From an uncultured Nitrososphaerota archaeon (GTDB taxonomy: Archaea; Asgardarchaeota; Njordarchaeia; Njordarchaeales; Panguiarchaeaceae): a stretch of 51,282 nucleotides of DNA. Of this stretch, positions 46,600 through 51,282 are shown in pieces; the stretch's first letter is position 1, and each line of letters begins with the position of its first letter. The DNA lies in NCBI GenBank assembly GCA_964636085.1, contig CAZWPQ010000014.1:1-51282 (forward strand), given 5' to 3'. The notes under the pieces were generated by a model that saw only the letters and a list, made by a program, of their open reading frames with translations, searched no databases and had not been told where the DNA came from. The translations under genes and the position numbers were made by a program.

Positions 46600-47610
46600 C
46601 TATAGTGGATATAGTTGTGTGACCTGTAATATCCAGACGATCCCCAATATGGAGAACATTAATACTAGAATAATAATATCTATTCCACTCATCTTAATAA
46701 TCTTATACTCTGTCCTCTTAGGATATGCCCTATACGCCTTAACAGTCGCAGCGATTGCCATCCTCCTCGCCTCTCTTATAGCCTCAATTATCGCTGGAAT
46801 AAATGCAACAACCACGGCGGCTAGGGATCTAAACACAGACTTGATTGCTTTTATAGGATTGGCAGATAGTGAAGGGGTGAACGTGAGACCACGTGCACGC
46901 TCGGCGGCAATCACTAGGAACATTTTTTCTAATAATGATGGTATCGCCTTTATGGTTATTGAAATCATGAATACGATCTCATGGGGAAATTTGAGGTATC
47001 TAAGACCATAAACTATGTCGCTGGGATGTGTTGTTGTTACAAGCAAAAGAGCTGCTGATAATGCCGCCATTATCCGTAGACTTTGAATCATACCATAATA
47101 TGCACCATCCAACGATATGGCGGGGGATAGCCAATGGAGGGGTTTTGGTAGCTCATATATGAGCCTGTAAGCACCGCTTGTAAAGCGTTCATTCAAGAAG
47201 CTTTGTGACCACGCGGCCATAATAAACTGGAGTAACAACATTATGGTTAATAACCTTACCTTGTCCCTGCTTGGATTAGCAAAGAACCATGGAATTATTG
47301 TGCCAATGAATATTATAGCTAGGACCTCAGGCCTGTCGACTAAAGCTACTATAAAGCTTATAAAGAATACATAGATTATCTTTGGAAATGGATGCATCCT
47401 ATGGATAACAGACTCTCTTCTTTCATAGCTAAACAATCGCCTAAATCCGGAAATACCAATGATAGCAAAGACCAAGTACGCTATTATCCCAGGTATAAGC
47501 ATCAATAATACTACGAATATCAATAATACACTAAGGGACTCCCTTAGACCTGGCGGGATCTCAGGAATTATTCTTAATAGCCAAGATAAGTCGATCACTA
47601 TCCCCATCAC
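46600..47610 (-). CDS. ecfT: ECF transporter transmembrane component T (EcfT/CbiQ) with N-terminal extra TM
   Basis: SVIHRMHPFPKI, LLVTTTHPSDI, AERARG (ARG motif 1) and KAYRAYPKRT. Confidence 0.88.
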   Translation of the reverse strand: MMGIVIDLSWLLRIIPEIPPGLRESLSVLLIFVVLLMLIPGIIAYLVFAIIGISGFRRLFSYERRESVIHRMHPFPKIIYVFFISFIVALVDRPEVLAIIFIGTIIPWFFANPSRDKVRLLTIMLLLQFIMAAWSQSFLNERFTSGAYRLIYELPKPLHWLSPAISLDGAYYGMIQSLRIMAALSAALLLVTTTHPSDIVYGLRYLKFPHEIVFMISITIKAIPSLLEKMFLVIAAERARGLTFTPSLSANPIKAIKSVFRSLAAVVVAFIPAIIEAIREARRMAIAATVKAYRAYPKRTEYKIIKMSGIDIIILVLMFSILGIVWILQVTQLYPL

Positions 47611-47617
47611 ATCTCAC

Positions 47618-48223
47618 CTATAGTATCCTCTCCAGATCTAGATTACAGTTCCAACAAAATTTGCAGCTAGAATATATCGGCTCACCACACTTTGGACATA
47701 TTATCGGCAAATCATAACTCTTCTTCCAATAATCTGGAAAAACATACCCAATTTCTGTCAACTTATCAAATATCGTCTTCTTTGGCCTTATCTTGTCCAG
47801 CATATGGAACGATATACAGACAGTCATCGTGACTAATAATTGGATAAACTGATCGGGGAATATAAGTACGATGGATACTCTCCAGAATGATACTAAGTAT
47901 ATTATGTATAGAAAATATGCCAACAGCATGGCCGATAGTACGACCCTTATTTCCCTTGTTCTGCTCCAAACCAATAGCCAGCCAAATATCCAAGACAATG
48001 AGACAAAGAATATGGCCTTTGTCGATCCTGACTCAGGGTGTAGTAGCAACAACCAATAAATCACGCTGTGTATGGATATTGGAGATCCTTTATAGATTAT
48101 AAAGAGGCCAAGATCAAACTCAATACTTAGATCATAAAGAAAAGCACTAATTACGACAAAGAAGACTGGCGTGGATATAAATCCTATAAATAATGCTTTC
48201 AATAGCTTTATTGTCGCCCCCAT
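47618..48223 (-). CDS. membrane protein (~5 TM) with C-terminal Zn ribbon, inside the ECF operon
   Basis: Hydrophobic helices followed by CPKCG...CKFCWNC. TAATG overlap with the ATPase stop (ORF track start 48241). Confidence 0.65.
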   Translation of the reverse strand: MGATIKLLKALFIGFISTPVFFVVISAFLYDLSIEFDLGLFIIYKGSPISIHSVIYWLLLLHPESGSTKAIFFVSLSWIFGWLLVWSRTREIRVVLSAMLLAYFLYIIYLVSFWRVSIVLIFPDQFIQLLVTMTVCISFHMLDKIRPKKTIFDKLTEIGYVFPDYWKKSYDLPIICPKCGEPIYSSCKFCWNCNLDLERIL

Positions 48224-49980
48224 TAATACCCCCACATACATCTATCTATTGCATCCATAAATTGCTCAAAAGTCATCACAAATGGGAAATCTATTCCACG
48301 CTCAATAAGGCCTGTTGCGATTTGTGCTATTCTAGGTTGCTCAAGATCATTCTCCTCAAGCAATCGCTTATACCGGAAAACCATGTGCGTTGGTCCATCT
48401 ACAAGGATTCTACCATCCTTCATAATAATCACACGCTTAGCATACCGCGATATTATATCCATGCTGTGGGAAACAACAATTATTGTTGTGTTCCTCTCCT
48501 CGTTCAGGCGCTTTAGCAATTCCAGATATTTTATACAACTACCATAGTCTTGCCCCGTGGTTGGTTCGTCAGCAATCAAAATTTGTGGGCGCATAGATAG
48601 AATCGATGCGACAGCCACTCTATGCCTTTGCCCCCTGCTTAGAGCACGTGGCGAATTATACTTATATTCCTCTAGGCGCATCATTTCTAATGCTTCACCA
48701 ACTCTTTCCTTCACCAATCCGCTTGGAAATCCAAGATTCTTTGGGCCAAAGGCAATCTCGTCCCAAACGGTTCTCTGGAACAGCATCAGGTCCGGATTTT
48801 GGAATATTATACCCACAGTTTTTGCCAAATCATTTACGCTTGTTTTTGACACGTCCTTTCCCATGACCTCTACATATCCATGGGTTGGTTTATATAGGCC
48901 TAATATCGTTAGGCATAATGTGGATTTTCCAGACCCATTTTGTCCGATTATACCTATGAATTCTCCCCTATGTACATCTAGATTTATTCCCTTCAGCGCC
49001 ACAGTGCCATCTGGATATACATACCACAGGTTCCTTATCTTGATGGCCAATTCCCTGTACCTGAGGTTTCTATAATGATCAACAAGATCTCTATAGAATC
49101 CAGCATCACCAATTTCCCTACGTCTTGGAAGAATCCCAGATAGTAGCTCCGTTGCCTCATCTATTGTGAGGGGAACATAATCGAACGAAACACCATACTT
49201 CTTACTGATTTTATGAATAATCTCTATATGCCAAGGTGGTCTTATTCCTATTTTATATAGCAAATCCACAATCTGCGGGTCGCCAAATACTTTTCTAGGA
49301 GGACCCTCAGCAATAAACTCTCCCTTATTCATAACAATGACCCTATCAGCATATTTCGTTACCTCCTCCAACCTATGCTCTATTAAAATAACCAAAATTT
49401 TCAGCTCTTTTGCAAGACGATCTATAACTTTTAGCACTTCCTTTGCACCACGCGGATCAAGATTAGCCGTTGGCTCATCCAGAATCAATATTTTAGGCAT
49501 CATTGTTAGAGCGGAGGCAATCGCAACTCTCTGCTTCTGGCCACCACTCAAATCGAAAACACTCTTATCTAATAGATGAGATATTCCAGTCGCATCCACA
49601 GCATATCTTATTCTTCTCTCAATCTCGTCATTTGGCAAACATAGATTCTCAGGGCCGAAAGCGAGCTCAGACAGTACGGATAGGGTAAAGAATTGTGTTT
49701 CTGGATCCTGAAACACTGTCCCAACAATAGTAGCAAGTTTCTTCATAGGAGTTTCCTCAACAATGTTGTCCTCAACAATAACAGTGCCCTTGAGTACTCC
49801 CTTTATGACATGGGGGATTATACCATTAATCGTATTTATAAACGTAGTCTTCCCACAACCCGACGGGCCTATCAGAAGAATAAACTCTCCTGGTCTGGCC
49901 CTAAAGTTTATGCCTTTGAGTATATAGTCCTTTGACGTCTCATATCTAAACCAGAGATCCTCTACAACGATTCCCTCCAT
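48223..49980 (-). CDS. ecfA: ECF transporter fused double ATPase (EcfA-EcfA')
   Basis: Two ABC domains: GPSGCGKTT/FQDPETQ/LSGGQKQR/DEP and GQNGSGKST/FQNPD/LSRGQRHR/DEP. ATG 49980 (ORF track start 50082). Confidence 0.92.
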   Translation of the reverse strand: MEGIVVEDLWFRYETSKDYILKGINFRARPGEFILLIGPSGCGKTTFINTINGIIPHVIKGVLKGTVIVEDNIVEETPMKKLATIVGTVFQDPETQFFTLSVLSELAFGPENLCLPNDEIERRIRYAVDATGISHLLDKSVFDLSGGQKQRVAIASALTMMPKILILDEPTANLDPRGAKEVLKVIDRLAKELKILVILIEHRLEEVTKYADRVIVMNKGEFIAEGPPRKVFGDPQIVDLLYKIGIRPPWHIEIIHKISKKYGVSFDYVPLTIDEATELLSGILPRRREIGDAGFYRDLVDHYRNLRYRELAIKIRNLWYVYPDGTVALKGINLDVHRGEFIGIIGQNGSGKSTLCLTILGLYKPTHGYVEVMGKDVSKTSVNDLAKTVGIIFQNPDLMLFQRTVWDEIAFGPKNLGFPSGLVKERVGEALEMMRLEEYKYNSPRALSRGQRHRVAVASILSMRPQILIADEPTTGQDYGSCIKYLELLKRLNEERNTTIIVVSHSMDIISRYAKRVIIMKDGRILVDGPTHMVFRYKRLLEENDLEQPRIAQIATGLIERGIDFPFVMTFEQFMDAIDRCMWGY

Positions 49981-50121
49981 TCCTATAGCACCAATGATCA
50001 CACATCCTAACAATATCCCAAAAAATAGGTTATATGGTATCGTATTATATCCCCAATAAACCACTGACTTGGGCAGGAGCAATGCTAACTAAAACTGGGT
50101 AGCGGGTATTGGGGCTAAAGA

Positions 50122-51282
50122 TCAGTGTTTAGGCCTCATCAAATAAAGCACTATGCCAACCACAATTATTATTGCTGTAGTTATCCATACTATCCCCACT
50201 GTAAAGCTAGTGATAAATACGGCTGTCATTATGGCACCCACTATCGGTAAAATTATTGTTGGAACCTTGAATTCCCGCTCCACTTCTGGCTTTCTTATCC
50301 TTAACACTACAACACATATGTTTATAAGTACGAATACTAATAACGCTGCTAGACTCGAGACTTGACCCACAATGCTGACCAATACTAATTCATAGCCCTC
50401 TGCTGTCCGTGGGGCCAAGTTAAGTACTATTGGTAGACCAGCAGTAATGATTATTACCAGAACAGCTATTATTCCAGATGCAAATACTGCATAATGGGGA
50501 GTCCTCGTTTTATGATGAACCCTTGCGAGTTTTTCTGGGAGTATTCTTTCATCAGCCAAACCATATATCAATCTTGAACTCGATACTAGAAATCCTAGGA
50601 CAGTATTACTTGTGGAGAATAAAGCTATTGACGCCACTAGCAAGAATGCTACATGTCCCCCAACCTCCCCTGCCGCATAAGCAAGAACCGCCTTTCTCCT
50701 GCGATCGTCTTCTCCGAGAGTAGGTAGGTTATATATTCTTACAATTGTAAAAGCGACCAAGAGGTAGAGTGCAGAGCATATTAGAAGAGCCAATATTATG
50801 GCTTTTGGAACAGTTTTTCGTGGCTCTTTCGCCTCCTCCGCAAGTGTAGGTTGGAGCTCAAATCCAGTAAATGCAAAGTAGAATATAGATGCGCCTATAA
50901 GTACTAGAGAAAATGCATTTTCCTTATCCAAAACGGCAAAATAATCCACTGAGGTTCTAACAGGATTTATTAGCCCTAATACAGAGACGAAAACCAGTCC
51001 AAACGCCTCTATAAATGTAAATATGAGTATTAGGATTGCAGATTCCTTTACCCCCCACCAATTAACAAAGCTCAAAATTATTATCACAATAATGGCTATT
51101 AGAGGAACCAATGCAAAATCGATAGAGAAGATGCCCACAAAATACCTAGCAAAACCTATCGCCGCAGTAGCAGCACCAGCGATCCCTTCAAATGCGATGA
51201 GCCATCCACTAATAAATGCTAATTCCTCTCTCCTTGGGAACGTTTCCTTAACATATGTGTGGGCGCTTGCCGCCTTTGGATA
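50122..51282 (-). CDS. APC-superfamily amino acid permease, 5' end beyond window
   Basis: FAFTGFE...AEEAKEPRKTVPKAI, SSSRLIYGLA and KTRTPHYA. The frame stays open to the edge (YPKAASAHTYVKETF...FISGW). Confidence 0.9.
   Translation of the reverse strand, partial: YPKAASAHTYVKETFPRREELAFISGWLIAFEGIAGAATAAIGFARYFVGIFSIDFALVPLIAIIVIIILSFVNWWGVKESAILILIFTFIEAFGLVFVSVLGLINPVRTSVDYFAVLDKENAFSLVLIGASIFYFAFTGFELQPTLAEEAKEPRKTVPKAIILALLICSALYLLVAFTIVRIYNLPTLGEDDRRRKAVLAYAAGEVGGHVAFLLVASIALFSTSNTVLGFLVSSSRLIYGLADERILPEKLARVHHKTRTPHYAVFASGIIAVLVIIITAGLPIVLNLAPRTAEGYELVLVSIVGQVSSLAALLVFVLINICVVVLRIRKPEVEREFKVPTIILPIVGAIMTAVFITSFTVGIVWITTAIIIVVGIVLYLMRPKH

Overview
Archaeal genomic DNA, AT-rich, with GGTG/GAGG-type Shine-Dalgarno motifs and TTTATA promoters. 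It is most likely from an Asgard archaeon, inferred from membrane proteins with cytoplasmic longin-type tails and Asgard-style Ig-anchored surface proteins. Left to right the window holds: a frameshifted IS1595-family transposase cut by the left edge; a three-hairpin leader before a 1251-aa beta-helix surface protein; a wHTH-like protein; a frameshifted cysteine synthase; and a polytopic membrane protein. Next is an ~18-kb minus-strand cell-surface locus (8315-26176). In transcription order it encodes an FG-GAP propeller protein, a membrane-anchored clostripain, a 1778-aa Ca-repeat/TM/longin receptor-like protein, a 593-aa soluble protein with possible mu-homology and appendage-platform folds, two paralogous membrane-hairpin Zn-finger proteins, and a second 949-aa Ca-repeat/TM/longin receptor. 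Then come HEPN-MNT, TauE, a HemK-like methyltransferase/2TM/nucleotidyltransferase trio, AlkD, GNAT, FmdE plus a metal ABC transporter, a surface protein and VapBC. The right end is an ECF-transporter cluster with two alkaline-phosphatase-superfamily ectoenzymes and two GIFT-domain proteins, followed by a truncated APC permease. The best candidate for an undescribed system is the longin-receptor / adaptor-like / Zn-hairpin module (8315-20176). Several frameshifts lie in homopolymer runs and are probably assembly errors. I saw no rRNA, tRNA or CRISPR array. All domain calls are by eye; no database searches were run.
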